A model generated the notes under the pieces. The model had not been told where the DNA came from. It saw only the letters and a program-made list of their open reading frames with translations, and did no database searches. Made by a program: the position numbers and the translations under genes. Shown piece after piece: positions 8,586-17,514 of a stretch of DNA of 33,954 bases; within the stretch, counting starts at the first letter, position 1; each line of letters opens with the position of its first letter. Origin of the DNA: Oculatellaceae cyanobacterium bins.114 (GTDB taxonomy: Bacteria > Cyanobacteriota > Cyanobacteriia > Elainellales > Elainellaceae); contig JANRJA010000227.1 in the NCBI GenBank assembly GCA_033764315.1, positions 1 to 33,954 of the forward strand. Direction: 5' to 3'.

Positions 8586-11036
8586 TTAGTGGGCGAAGTC
8601 CGCCAAGGTCAATATCGGGAGTTGGTGCTGCTTGATTTGGGCAATTACTCCAGAGGGGAAACTGCTTTGCATCACCTCTTGGCAGTTTTCTCCCAAGCAG
8701 AGATAGCCCTGAAGCTGGGTTGCCAACACCTGCCACTGAGGTGCAGCCAACTGTGGCACAGGAGCAACCCCCGGTTCCTCAATGGCAAGGTCATATTGCA
8801 TCGCCACGGCCACTACCACATCTGCTAACAAATAATCAACATCGATTGTCTCTGGCAAGTCGCTGATATCAATCAAGAAAGCCATATTTTCTTGATTAGG
8901 ATGATTTAATAGCGTGGCGATCGCCTCTCCCAGTCGCTCATACAGCCAGTCTTCTGGTTGTTGCCAATCGACCAAAACCAAAAAGTTGACTGGACGGAAA
9001 ACTAGATCAGTCAGCGTCGTTTCGACCAACACTGATTGCACGATCGCTGCCATCGTTGCCCACGAAAATTGATGCGATCGCTGTAAACCTGTCTCAACCA
9101 ACGCATGGCGAATCGTCGGTTTTTGCACATCACACAAAGCGTCTGCCAACGCATTGACATCCTCCTCATCCACGTACAATGCTGCTTCTCCAGCCACCTC
9201 TGGAATCGAGGAATTGGGGCAGGTAATCACCGGACAACCACACGCCATCGCTTCTAAGATCGGCATACCAAACCCCTCATACTTTGAGGGATAGACCAGG
9301 GCGATCGCCCCTGCATACGCCAGTGCCAGTTCTGCATCTGTGAGCCGCAGCAAGTGAACCGTAACCCCTGCGGTGCCTGCCCGCCATGCTTCCGGGATCT
9401 GGGGTTCAAATGCTGTACACACCAGGTCAAACCCGGTTTTGCTAACAAGACTAGCAAACGCTTGAAAGAACAACTGATTGTTTTTGTAGACATTCGGATT
9501 GTCGGCTCCAATCACTACAAAGTAGGGCTTCTGGATGCCATACTTACGACGAAACTGGGCGATCGCGGCGTCGTCTCCAGGTTGAAAGGTGTTACTCACC
9601 GCACAATACGCCACTTTCACCGGAGCCGCCAACGGGTGGGGCGAAAACCGCACCACATCATCTGCTGTGTTTTGAGAAATCGCCAGATGCCGAGTCGCTT
9701 GAGCGATCGCCCGTTGCTTGGCTTGCACAATCGGATGGGTTTGCCCTTCGCCCATCACCTCTGGAATCATGTCATAGACCAGTACCACCGAGGGGGTCGA
9801 GCGTGGCGTCGTAAAGTAGGTCGAGATAAACACCTGTGCCCCCAAGCTATCGCACACCCGTTGCAGCATGTCGCGATCGCTGTCAAGGTTGTTAGCGTTG
9901 TAGGGTTGCACCGGGTAATAGTGAATGCCGGGAATTTCGGGAGCGGTGCCCGCTCGATCAAGTACGACGAGATATTTCGCGAAGCCATTTGCTACCCACT
10001 CTTCTAATAGCGATCGCCAGACTCGGGCAATGCCCGTTCGATGCAGTTGAAAGAACACACCATCCACAATAACCAGGGGAAGCATGGGATCAGGAGAAAT
10101 TGCCCGGTGTTGCAACTCGGCAGTTGAAAGGAAGTGCCATTCTCCTGTAAGTGTAATTTGGGCGATCGGCACCACCCCCCGTGACTCGGCTCGATCGACC
10201 ATCGTCAGATCGTGAACCCAGGAAAAGTAACGCCGTAACCGCACCGGAAAGTGCTTTTCCGCTTGTAAGGTCTGCCATTGCGAGAGTGCTCCGGCATAGC
10301 CGTAATAGCGTTCTTTAAACTGCAATTGTTCCGGCAAAACATAGGCAAAATGTTGAAAGATTAGTCCATTTGCCTCGGTTTCGTCATGCCGAAAGGGATT
10401 GACCCCGGCGACATCGCGCCAAGTGCCATTGGACAAGGGTTCTACCAGTTGCGGCGGTTCGTGAGCTGCCCACACACAACCGGGACGATATCGCCAAGTA
10501 CGTAGCCAATCCTGCTCTGGGTTTTGAGCATAGCAGTTGCGAGTGCTGATGATTAGATCTTGCCCGACAAAATACCAACACCAATAAAAAGCAGCGGTTT
10601 TCTCCGGTTCAGCCTCAAACATCGCCTGTGCAGTGACCAACTGTTCCACTGTCCACAGTTCGTCTACATCCACTTGCCACAGCAAGCATTCTTCTTGGAT
10701 ATTGACCAATGGGGCATTCACCATCTCTCGTTTGCCATCCCAAAATTCGCCCAGGGGTTTGCGATAGAGCGTGATCTGCTCTGGATGTTGTGCTGCCAAG
10801 TCATCAAGATACTCGGTGGTGCCGTCACAACTGCGCCCCTGCTGATGGATATCGGGTGTCACCTGCCCCCCCAATTGCAGGCTCCAAGCTGTGTCGTGTT
10901 TTAGCTCTGCGACTCCTTCGATAACATGCCAGTGCCAAGGAAAGGGCAATTGTTGGAACACATTGAGGTGATAGCGAATGAAGGGTTCGCCATTTAGAAC
11001 AATGGTGAAGAAGTGGATGGGGACGGTGGAAGGCAT
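8586..11036 (-). CDS. Multidomain glycosyltransferase: N-terminal GT-A-like domain, GT4 (GT-B) domain and a C-terminal accessory domain
   Basis: WQVDVDELW (DxD) in the N-terminal part; TGIARVW and YPSKYEGFGMPILEAMACGCPV GT4 signature. Confidence 0.88.
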   Translation of the reverse strand: MPSTVPIHFFTIVLNGEPFIRYHLNVFQQLPFPWHWHVIEGVAELKHDTAWSLQLGGQVTPDIHQQGRSCDGTTEYLDDLAAQHPEQITLYRKPLGEFWDGKREMVNAPLVNIQEECLLWQVDVDELWTVEQLVTAQAMFEAEPEKTAAFYWCWYFVGQDLIISTRNCYAQNPEQDWLRTWRYRPGCVWAAHEPPQLVEPLSNGTWRDVAGVNPFRHDETEANGLIFQHFAYVLPEQLQFKERYYGYAGALSQWQTLQAEKHFPVRLRRYFSWVHDLTMVDRAESRGVVPIAQITLTGEWHFLSTAELQHRAISPDPMLPLVIVDGVFFQLHRTGIARVWRSLLEEWVANGFAKYLVVLDRAGTAPEIPGIHYYPVQPYNANNLDSDRDMLQRVCDSLGAQVFISTYFTTPRSTPSVVLVYDMIPEVMGEGQTHPIVQAKQRAIAQATRHLAISQNTADDVVRFSPHPLAAPVKVAYCAVSNTFQPGDDAAIAQFRRKYGIQKPYFVVIGADNPNVYKNNQLFFQAFASLVSKTGFDLVCTAFEPQIPEAWRAGTAGVTVHLLRLTDAELALAYAGAIALVYPSKYEGFGMPILEAMACGCPVITCPNSSIPEVAGEAALYVDEEDVNALADALCDVQKPTIRHALVETGLQRSHQFSWATMAAIVQSVLVETTLTDLVFRPVNFLVLVDWQQPEDWLYERLGEAIATLLNHPNQENMAFLIDISDLPETIDVDYLLADVVVAVAMQYDLAIEEPGVAPVPQLAAPQWQVLATQLQGYLCLGENCQEVMQSSFPSGVIAQIKQHQLPILTLADFAH

Positions 11037-11060
11037 GACAGGTTGCCAGTTGGCTTGCTA

Positions 11061-11088
11061 ATTTTGGATTTTGGATTTTGGATTTTGA
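11061..11088. repeat. STRR-type heptamer tandem repeat (ATTTTGG)x4
   Basis: attttgg attttgg attttgg attttga. Confidence 0.9.
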
Positions 11089-11095
11089 GTTTTCT

Positions 11096-13210
11096 TCATT
11101 CTGGCATTCCAACTGTGCAGGTAAACTGGCCGTGGTATTTGGCAAAGAAGGTGTGGAGGCGATCGCACGCTTCCATAGGGGAGAGGTGCAACAGGTCTTC
11201 AACATTGGCATTCCAGGGAAACTTTTCTTGGCGATCGCCCCGTTCTAAATAACCCTGGCGATAGGCATCTTCTGGGGTGAGGGCAGGCACAGGACTCAAC
11301 TCTGCCGGAATCAAAAAGGCGTTGTTATAGTGCAATTCCACTAAAGCGTAGTTATAGCGTTGACAGAGCAAATCAAGCTGACAAATACTTTGTCCATAAA
11401 AGTGGTCGCCTGAGTAGACAAAATTTTCATCCCAATGAACGGTAAATCTCAGAGGAGGAGGCACTTTCTCATTGATTTCAACACAGATCAAACGGGGACG
11501 AAATGATGTAAGAATTTGCTCTAAAACGTAATAATCATAGCTATCAATATCTAGATTTAAGAAACTAAATTGTTTTGGAACTTGATGAGCTGTTAACAGA
11601 GAAACAACTGTCTCAGGCGTAACAAAACACTTGCTGAGATTGACGTTAGGAAACTCACTATATCGATCCGCGAGTTGGGTAAATCGATCGCGATCGCCTT
11701 CCACAGCTAACCCAGACCACCCCTGTTTAAACAAGAAGTACGTGTTAGACATGGTGATGCCATCACTGGCAGCAATATCCACACAATAGGGCGGCTCACT
11801 GTTCGCTTCGTTGTCTACTTCACTTAACAGGTCGAAGTAATATTCAATCCGGCTCTCTTCATCTAAATAGGAATATTTAATCCGTTCTTGAGGAGGCTCT
11901 ACAAAGTAGTGGGGAGCCAATTCTCGTAAGTGCTGCTCAATGATCCAAGCCATTACCCCATCATCTGCCGCCGCCCGTCGCTGATATTCCACAAACAAGA
12001 TATCGACTAGCTCTGCCGTCCAACTATCGAGTTGGTCAGGGGTTGTCTCCGCCATACTGAGAAACCAGGTAGTCTGTGCTTCAGCTTCTTGCCCCTGCAA
12101 CAACAAAATTAACCCTAGATACCAATAACTCGATTTGAGATCGGGGGCTAACTCAATCAGTTGCTCATAATATTGGCTAGAGTGCTCATAGTCTTCGAGC
12201 AAGAAAGCAGTCAACGCTTGCTGTTGTAACGCGGCTACATCATCAGCCAACTGAAGCTGGCTGTTAAAGGCTAGTATTTCTTGGATCGTGGGGAGCGATC
12301 GCAACCCTTGTGTGACCACCTGAGGAATTTGTGACAGACTTTCAAGAATTTCAGCTGTGAAGTTATAGCGGGCATCTTGCCCATAATTCAGCGTCAGATA
12401 AACTAGCAATTCCAGAGCATAATCTGGAAAGTCTGTAATGTCGGCAACACAGGCCAACTTCAAAATCTTGTCAGGATTGGGGTCAGGGGTTTGAATGAAA
12501 TCTCGAAAATAGCAAGCATCTGCCCAAATCAAACCACCGGGATGCACTTTAGAGGCGATCGGCACCCGTCGCAATCCATGATTGAGGTTGCTTAAATCAA
12601 AAAGTGAAAATCCCTGTTGGCGCAGGTGTTGATCCATATCGCTAAACAGCGATTGCCCAACATAGAGTTCTGTAAATTCGACTTCCGTACGAATCGCTGA
12701 AATTTTCTTTAAAGCGGTGGTTGCACCCTGCAACACCTGCAATTCTCCACCTTGCACATCCAGTTGAATGAGATCAATCTCTGTCACTCCTTCAGACTGG
12801 CAAAATTCATCTAGCGTTGTCGTTTCAATCTCTGTGGTCGATTCCAGTCGAATGAGTTCTGCATTCGCAGCATATCGATTGATATACGCCTCGCTGGGAG
12901 GATAGAGTGAACTGCAAGCAGGATGGCGCGTGATGTGTAAGGTATATTTCCCAGACGCACTCCACAAAGCCAGGGGAATATGCTTTTCGACCCAATTGAC
13001 CTGTCTTTTCTGCAAATTGTCATTCGCAACTTTGCAGGCTTCTTCATCGGGATCAAACCCATAAATCGTTAAGTTGGGAGCAAAAATGCTCCAACCCTGA
13101 CTGCCATAGTCATCTTCGATCGCTAGTTTACGAGAACCCACCAAACAAACGGTGATATGTAAGTTCTCTAATCGTCCGTTGCGTTTGAGGCTGGGAAGAA
13201 ATATAGCCAT
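11096..13210 (-). CDS. Double methyltransferase: FkbM domain, TPR-like helical linker, second FkbM-like domain
   Basis: First domain VGSR / GFDPD / IQLDVQGGEL / EVEF; linker YWYLGLILLLQGQEAEAQTTW; second domain VDIAASDG / AVEGD / LNLDIDSYD / ICVEIN. Confidence 0.85.
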   Translation of the reverse strand: MAIFLPSLKRNGRLENLHITVCLVGSRKLAIEDDYGSQGWSIFAPNLTIYGFDPDEEACKVANDNLQKRQVNWVEKHIPLALWSASGKYTLHITRHPACSSLYPPSEAYINRYAANAELIRLESTTEIETTTLDEFCQSEGVTEIDLIQLDVQGGELQVLQGATTALKKISAIRTEVEFTELYVGQSLFSDMDQHLRQQGFSLFDLSNLNHGLRRVPIASKVHPGGLIWADACYFRDFIQTPDPNPDKILKLACVADITDFPDYALELLVYLTLNYGQDARYNFTAEILESLSQIPQVVTQGLRSLPTIQEILAFNSQLQLADDVAALQQQALTAFLLEDYEHSSQYYEQLIELAPDLKSSYWYLGLILLLQGQEAEAQTTWFLSMAETTPDQLDSWTAELVDILFVEYQRRAAADDGVMAWIIEQHLRELAPHYFVEPPQERIKYSYLDEESRIEYYFDLLSEVDNEANSEPPYCVDIAASDGITMSNTYFLFKQGWSGLAVEGDRDRFTQLADRYSEFPNVNLSKCFVTPETVVSLLTAHQVPKQFSFLNLDIDSYDYYVLEQILTSFRPRLICVEINEKVPPPLRFTVHWDENFVYSGDHFYGQSICQLDLLCQRYNYALVELHYNNAFLIPAELSPVPALTPEDAYRQGYLERGDRQEKFPWNANVEDLLHLSPMEACDRLHTFFAKYHGQFTCTVGMPE

Positions 13211-13261
13211 GTTTACACTTGAGTAAAGTCTGAGCTAACCCTCACAACCCATTTTGGCTTG

Positions 13262-13618
13262 CTAAGGTTTGCCTGCTTGTTGGCGTGCCTCAGCCAATTG
13301 TGCAGCATAATCAGCATTATCAGGATTAAGTTGAACTAGTTTTTCGAGAGGAGCGATCGCCCCTTGCGGATTACGCATCTCTAAGCGCGTGTTGGCTAGC
13401 CCTTCTAAAGCTGTGATATTGTTAGGCTCTCGCTGCAATACAAGTTCATATCCTCGTATTTGAGCATCTAACGATGGCTCTTCGCTAACGATGGGTGCAG
13501 CCTGGTCTTGAGATAGACCCGTCTTCCACAGGTTAACCGTGCTCACGGCCATAGAGCCTAAAAACATGACGCCAGAAATCCATATAAACGTCCGTCGTTG
13601 TGCTTGAGTTAGAGCCAT
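13262..13618 (-). CDS. Small TPR protein with an N-terminal membrane anchor
   Basis: Hydrophobic residues 10-30; GYELVLQREPNNITALEGL and AIAPLEKLVQLNPDN TPR pattern. Confidence 0.85.
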   Translation of the reverse strand: MALTQAQRRTFIWISGVMFLGSMAVSTVNLWKTGLSQDQAAPIVSEEPSLDAQIRGYELVLQREPNNITALEGLANTRLEMRNPQGAIAPLEKLVQLNPDNADYAAQLAEARQQAGKP

Positions 13619-13695
13619 AACTGGTGTGTTGCGTAAGGGATAGTCTTAACGTACCCAGTTCGCAGTAGAGAGAGATCAGGAGGGCAAGCAGAGAA

Positions 13696-13716
13696 GGTGG
13701 GCAGTGCCCACCCTAC
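13696..13716. repeat. GTAG-type REP-like palindrome
   Basis: GGTGGGCAGTGCCCACC followed by CTAC (reads GTAG-GGTGGGCACTGCCCACC on the minus strand). Confidence 0.7.
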
Positions 13717-13743
13717 CGGGAATTGCTATTGACAATCATCCCG

Positions 13744-14739
13744 TTATGCCAATAGCGCGATCGCACTGTCACTCAAGTATTGCCGGACGTTATCGACGAC
13801 GGTTAGCTTCTTCAGCCCTTCGGCTTTCAGTTCTGGGAAGTCGGCAAGCCCCATGACGATCGCATCGGCAAAGTTATAGTCGGGGTTGTCTCCGTGTTGC
13901 AAGGTCAAGTATTCCAGGATTTCAAGCGCGTAATCGGGGAAGTCCATCACATCGGCAACACACGCCAGTTTCAACAGTTGATCGGGGGTTTTGAAGTGAG
14001 CCTGGGCAAAGTCAGGTCGTAGCAGATCGCGGAAATAAAAGGCATCTGCCCACAGCAATTGACCGGGGTGAGAGAGCGATTGGATGGGCGATCGCATTCT
14101 CAGGCGGTGAGCCAGTGCCAGGTCAAACAGGCTAAAGTCACGCGATCGCAGGAAGGTGTCTACATCGCTAAAGAGCGGCTGATTGCTATATAACGGGCTG
14201 AACTCAACCTCAATCTGTACGGCTAAAACGCTACGTTCGAGCAAGTGCTGGCTCCCCTGCAACACCAACAGGTCTGCTCCCTGCACGTCTATTTGGAGAA
14301 AATCGATATCGGCGATCGCTTCCTGCTGACAAAACTCATCCAAGGTGGTGGTTTCGATCTCAATTGTGAAGTCTAAATTGACTCGTTCTGGCAATCCGGC
14401 GAAACGGCTTAAGTAGGGTTCATTGGGCATGTACAGCGAACTGCACATGGGGTGTTGGGTGACATAGAGCGTGGTTTCTCCCGGAGTGTCACTCAACGCT
14501 AAAGGAATGTGCTTCTCAGTCCAGTTGGCTTGCCGAGCCTCCAGATCAAAATTCGCCGCATCACACGCTTCTGGGTCTGCATCAAACCCATAAATGGTGA
14601 GATTAGGGGCAAAAATGCTCCAACCCATGTTGGCGTAGTCGTCGTAGGTGTTGATCTTGCGAGAGCCAACATTACAAACGGCGATGTGAAGCTGGTTCAA
14701 CCGACCACTGCTTTTCAGACTGGGAAGAAAAATCGGCAT
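13744..14739 (-). CDS. FkbM family methyltransferase
   Basis: VGSR, GFDAD, FLQIDVQGADL, EVEF, WADAFYF. Start at 14739 (MPIFLPSLK) matches the paralog's N-terminus; the ORF-track extension is translated repeat DNA. Confidence 0.9.
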   Translation of the reverse strand: MPIFLPSLKSSGRLNQLHIAVCNVGSRKINTYDDYANMGWSIFAPNLTIYGFDADPEACDAANFDLEARQANWTEKHIPLALSDTPGETTLYVTQHPMCSSLYMPNEPYLSRFAGLPERVNLDFTIEIETTTLDEFCQQEAIADIDFLQIDVQGADLLVLQGSQHLLERSVLAVQIEVEFSPLYSNQPLFSDVDTFLRSRDFSLFDLALAHRLRMRSPIQSLSHPGQLLWADAFYFRDLLRPDFAQAHFKTPDQLLKLACVADVMDFPDYALEILEYLTLQHGDNPDYNFADAIVMGLADFPELKAEGLKKLTVVDNVRQYLSDSAIALLA

Positions 14740-14760
14740 ACAGGGGGGAGGGGGGAATAA

Positions 14761-14904
14761 GGGAGATAGGGAGATAGGGAAATAGGGAAATAGGGAGATA
14801 GGGAGAGACGCGATTAATCGCGTCTGTACTATCGCGTCTGTACTATCGCGTCTATACAATCGTGTCTGTACTATCGCATCTGTACTATCGCGTCTGTACT
14901 GTAC
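14761..14904. repeat. Compound repeat: (GGGARATA)x6, a 20-bp palindrome and six tandem 14-mers
   Basis: 8-mers at 14761-14808; AGACGCGATTAATCGCGTCT at 14806-14825; WATCGCGTCTGTAC-like units x6 at 14816-14899. Confidence 0.92.
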
Positions 14905-14911
14905 TGGTGTG

Positions 14912-16516
14912 CTATTCCTTGGGAATCGCCACTATATTGAGGTTGCCCCGCAATTCGCTAATTGAGTCAATGGGCAACAACTCTTGTAAATAGGGGCGAT
15001 AGCGAAAGAGTTGATAGCCTTTTGCGATGAGAAATTCAGCCACATCGGTATTGCTGGCATATTCATCGGCAGTGCTCAACCCAGCCACGTTTTCATAGAG
15101 AATCTTGGGAGCAAACTCAGTCAACAGGCGATCGCTCCCCATCAATACCTGCAATTCATGCCCCTCAGCGTCGATCTTGAGCCAATCCACTCGACTCAGG
15201 TTTTCTCGCTCTAATAGGTGATCGAGGGTGAAGCAAGGAATTTCTTCAAACTCGCTGGTTTCTAGTTCTTCATCTTCAGCAACTACGCGATTGAGTTCGC
15301 TGGCAGAGCGCAATGAGAGACGCAGGGTACTGTTGCGATCGCTAGCGGCTCCAGCACACACTGTCACCCAAGATAGGTTGTTGACACGACAGGTTTCTTG
15401 TAAACATTGCACGCATCCTGAAAAGGGTTCAACTGCCAGAACTCGCCCACTAGCCCCCACCCGTCGAGCCGCACTAAAGGTATAGACGCCGACGTTTGCC
15501 CCCACATCTATCACAGTCATACCGGGTTGAATCTGATCCCGCCAAAATTCCATTTCTGCTTCAAACCAATCTCCTTCGGCTAATAGCACACTGGTAACGA
15601 TACTCCGAAGATTGGGTTCGACGGCTAACACCATATCCTGCTCAAATGGCACATACGTCACGGCACTTTCGATGGGAAGTTGCGCCCATTTCCACTCGAT
15701 CGCATCTGGATGACGGTAAGCATATTTGTGAGCCGTGTTGCGCCAAAAATCACCTGTTTTGGGATTTTCTGGTTCTCGATAAGCCAGATACATCGCTTGC
15801 AAAACAGAGGCATGATCAAACGCAAATTTGCGTGCCCGTTGTAGGTAGAATAAACCTTCCCATTGTTGCTGAATCAGACTAGCAAGCCCCAGTTTAAAAT
15901 TAATGTAGGCTGACTGTGGAGAAAGTTGACTGGCAAGCTGAAGAAATCGCAATCCAACTGTGTTGTAAAACACAACCTGCGCCTGACATAACACTTCAAT
16001 AAACAGCAAAATCGCTTGAGTATAACCATCTTCAGCATGCAGTAAAGTGTGAAATTGTTCTTGACGAGCGATCGCCAAATTTCGCCACTGCAAAGGCAGA
16101 TACACCATGCCCAACGGCAATCGATCAATGGAGTTAAAGGCAGGTTGCAGGGTCGAAATGAGCTGAGAATAAGCACTGTGAGCCGCTTCTTCTCGGTCAC
16201 CTAGCATACAATGGGCGATCGCCAAATGAGCCGCACACAGAGGGTGTTGATCCAGATCAACTCCTTTTTGCAAGGCATCAAGAGCAAATTCTAGATTAAT
16301 GGCACGTAGCTCAGAGTTATCCGTTTGCTCTGCTTCAATCAACGCTAAAACAGCAAAATTGTTGAGTTCGATCGCAGAGGTGGGTTCATCCCAATCTGCA
16401 TTCTCTAAATCAGTGCCTAAATTAACAAAGGAATGGGTTGTTAATTCAGGGCAATTGTGATGAATGTATTTCCAATACCATTCAATCGAAGCGGTTGATG
16501 AAGAAGATGGGGTCAT
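14912..16516 (-). CDS. FkbM family methyltransferase with an N-terminal TPR-like region
   Basis: VIDVGANVGVYT, VLAVEP, WLKIDAEGHE in the C-terminal domain; helical N-terminal ~280 aa. Confidence 0.9.
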   Translation of the reverse strand: MTPSSSSTASIEWYWKYIHHNCPELTTHSFVNLGTDLENADWDEPTSAIELNNFAVLALIEAEQTDNSELRAINLEFALDALQKGVDLDQHPLCAAHLAIAHCMLGDREEAAHSAYSQLISTLQPAFNSIDRLPLGMVYLPLQWRNLAIARQEQFHTLLHAEDGYTQAILLFIEVLCQAQVVFYNTVGLRFLQLASQLSPQSAYINFKLGLASLIQQQWEGLFYLQRARKFAFDHASVLQAMYLAYREPENPKTGDFWRNTAHKYAYRHPDAIEWKWAQLPIESAVTYVPFEQDMVLAVEPNLRSIVTSVLLAEGDWFEAEMEFWRDQIQPGMTVIDVGANVGVYTFSAARRVGASGRVLAVEPFSGCVQCLQETCRVNNLSWVTVCAGAASDRNSTLRLSLRSASELNRVVAEDEELETSEFEEIPCFTLDHLLERENLSRVDWLKIDAEGHELQVLMGSDRLLTEFAPKILYENVAGLSTADEYASNTDVAEFLIAKGYQLFRYRPYLQELLPIDSISELRGNLNIVAIPKE

Positions 16517-16581
16517 ACAGAAATTACGGAATTATACTGGTTACACTAAAGTAAAAAATATTGCGTTGGAATTAGCGATCA

Positions 16582-17382
16582 GTGTCGGCTAAATCTCATT
16601 CAAGTTGGCATCAGCTTTTGGGCACGTCCATCGTAGCACTCGTCTGCATCGTGGCGATTGGCTTATTGCAAGTTCCTCAGCTTGCCACATTGCGCCGTCA
16701 AGCCACTGCTCCCAGTGTTGAAAGTTTGCGACAACAACTAGAGGCTCAAAAAGTTCAGTTAAATTTACTGGAGAAAGTTCCTGCATTTGGCTTTGACAAT
16801 CTCATTGCCGATTGGGCTTTTCTTAACTTTTTGCAATATTTTGGTGATGAACCCGCCCGACAACAAACGGATTATTCCCTTAGCCCTGAGTTTTTTGATG
16901 TGGTTTTGGCTCATAATCCCCGGTTTTTAGCGGCTTATCCATTTCTTTCCACCAGTACAGCCCTTTATGCCGGAGAACCGGAGCGATCGATTAACTTGAT
17001 GAATCAGGGATTAGAGTCTCTCTCACCCACCGTACCCCCTGGTTCTTTCTTTGTCTGGCGCAACAAAGGCATTGATGAGTTGTTGTTTTTAGGAGATGCT
17101 CAAGCAGCACGGCGATCGTTTGAAACTGCTGCCGATTGGGCCAGTCAATCTAAGGTTCCTGGAAGTGAGCAGATCGCCGCATTATCTCAACAAACGGCTC
17201 AATTTCTCGCCAATAACCCTGACAGCAAAACGGCTCAGGTTGCTGCCTGGGCAATGGTGCTAGAAAATGCCCCCGATAATCGAACTCGACGCACAGCCGT
17301 CGATCGCATTCGCCTCTTAGGGGGAGATGTAGTCGTCAGTCCCGATGGCAGCTTTCAGATCATGCCACCTGCAAGTGATTGA
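16582..17382 (+). CDS. Membrane-anchored helical protein resembling the conserved gene beside cyanobacterial pilA
   Basis: N-terminal TM; FGFDNLIADWAFLNFLQYFGD and PRFLAAYPFLS motifs. The family link is from recall, not a search; start codon (GTG) uncertain. Confidence 0.6.
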   Translation: MSAKSHSSWHQLLGTSIVALVCIVAIGLLQVPQLATLRRQATAPSVESLRQQLEAQKVQLNLLEKVPAFGFDNLIADWAFLNFLQYFGDEPARQQTDYSLSPEFFDVVLAHNPRFLAAYPFLSTSTALYAGEPERSINLMNQGLESLSPTVPPGSFFVWRNKGIDELLFLGDAQAARRSFETAADWASQSKVPGSEQIAALSQQTAQFLANNPDSKTAQVAAWAMVLENAPDNRTRRTAVDRIRLLGGDVVVSPDGSFQIMPPASD

Positions 17383-17386
17383 GGCA

Positions 17387-17493
17387 GAAGGATAAGGGAT
17401 AAAGGATGAAGGATAAAAGGGGTGCGGTTAACGCAGCGTAACGAAACCCGCACTCAAAACTCAAAACCCAAAACCCAAAACCTAAAACTCAAC
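17387..17493. repeat. Two STRR heptamer arrays flanking a weak hairpin between convergent genes
   Basis: AAGGATA/AGGGATA-like units at ~17387-17416; ACTCAAA/ACCCAAA x6 at 17452-17493. Confidence 0.8.
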
Positions 17494-17514
17494 AGCATTA
17501 TCAACTCTTAACTA

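Noticed and set aside
9354..10007. 217-aa plus-strand ORF
   Set aside because: Antisense to the GT4 domain with no recognisable motifs; the same applies to the other antisense ORFs inside the oxidoreductase, bioA, bioB and ctaA.
14740..14859. N-terminal 40 aa of the 371-aa ORF
   Set aside because: This is translated tandem-repeat DNA; the paralog alignment places the start at 14739.
14816..14899. Possible CRISPR array
   Set aside because: The 14-bp units are directly adjacent with no spacers, and no cas genes are present.
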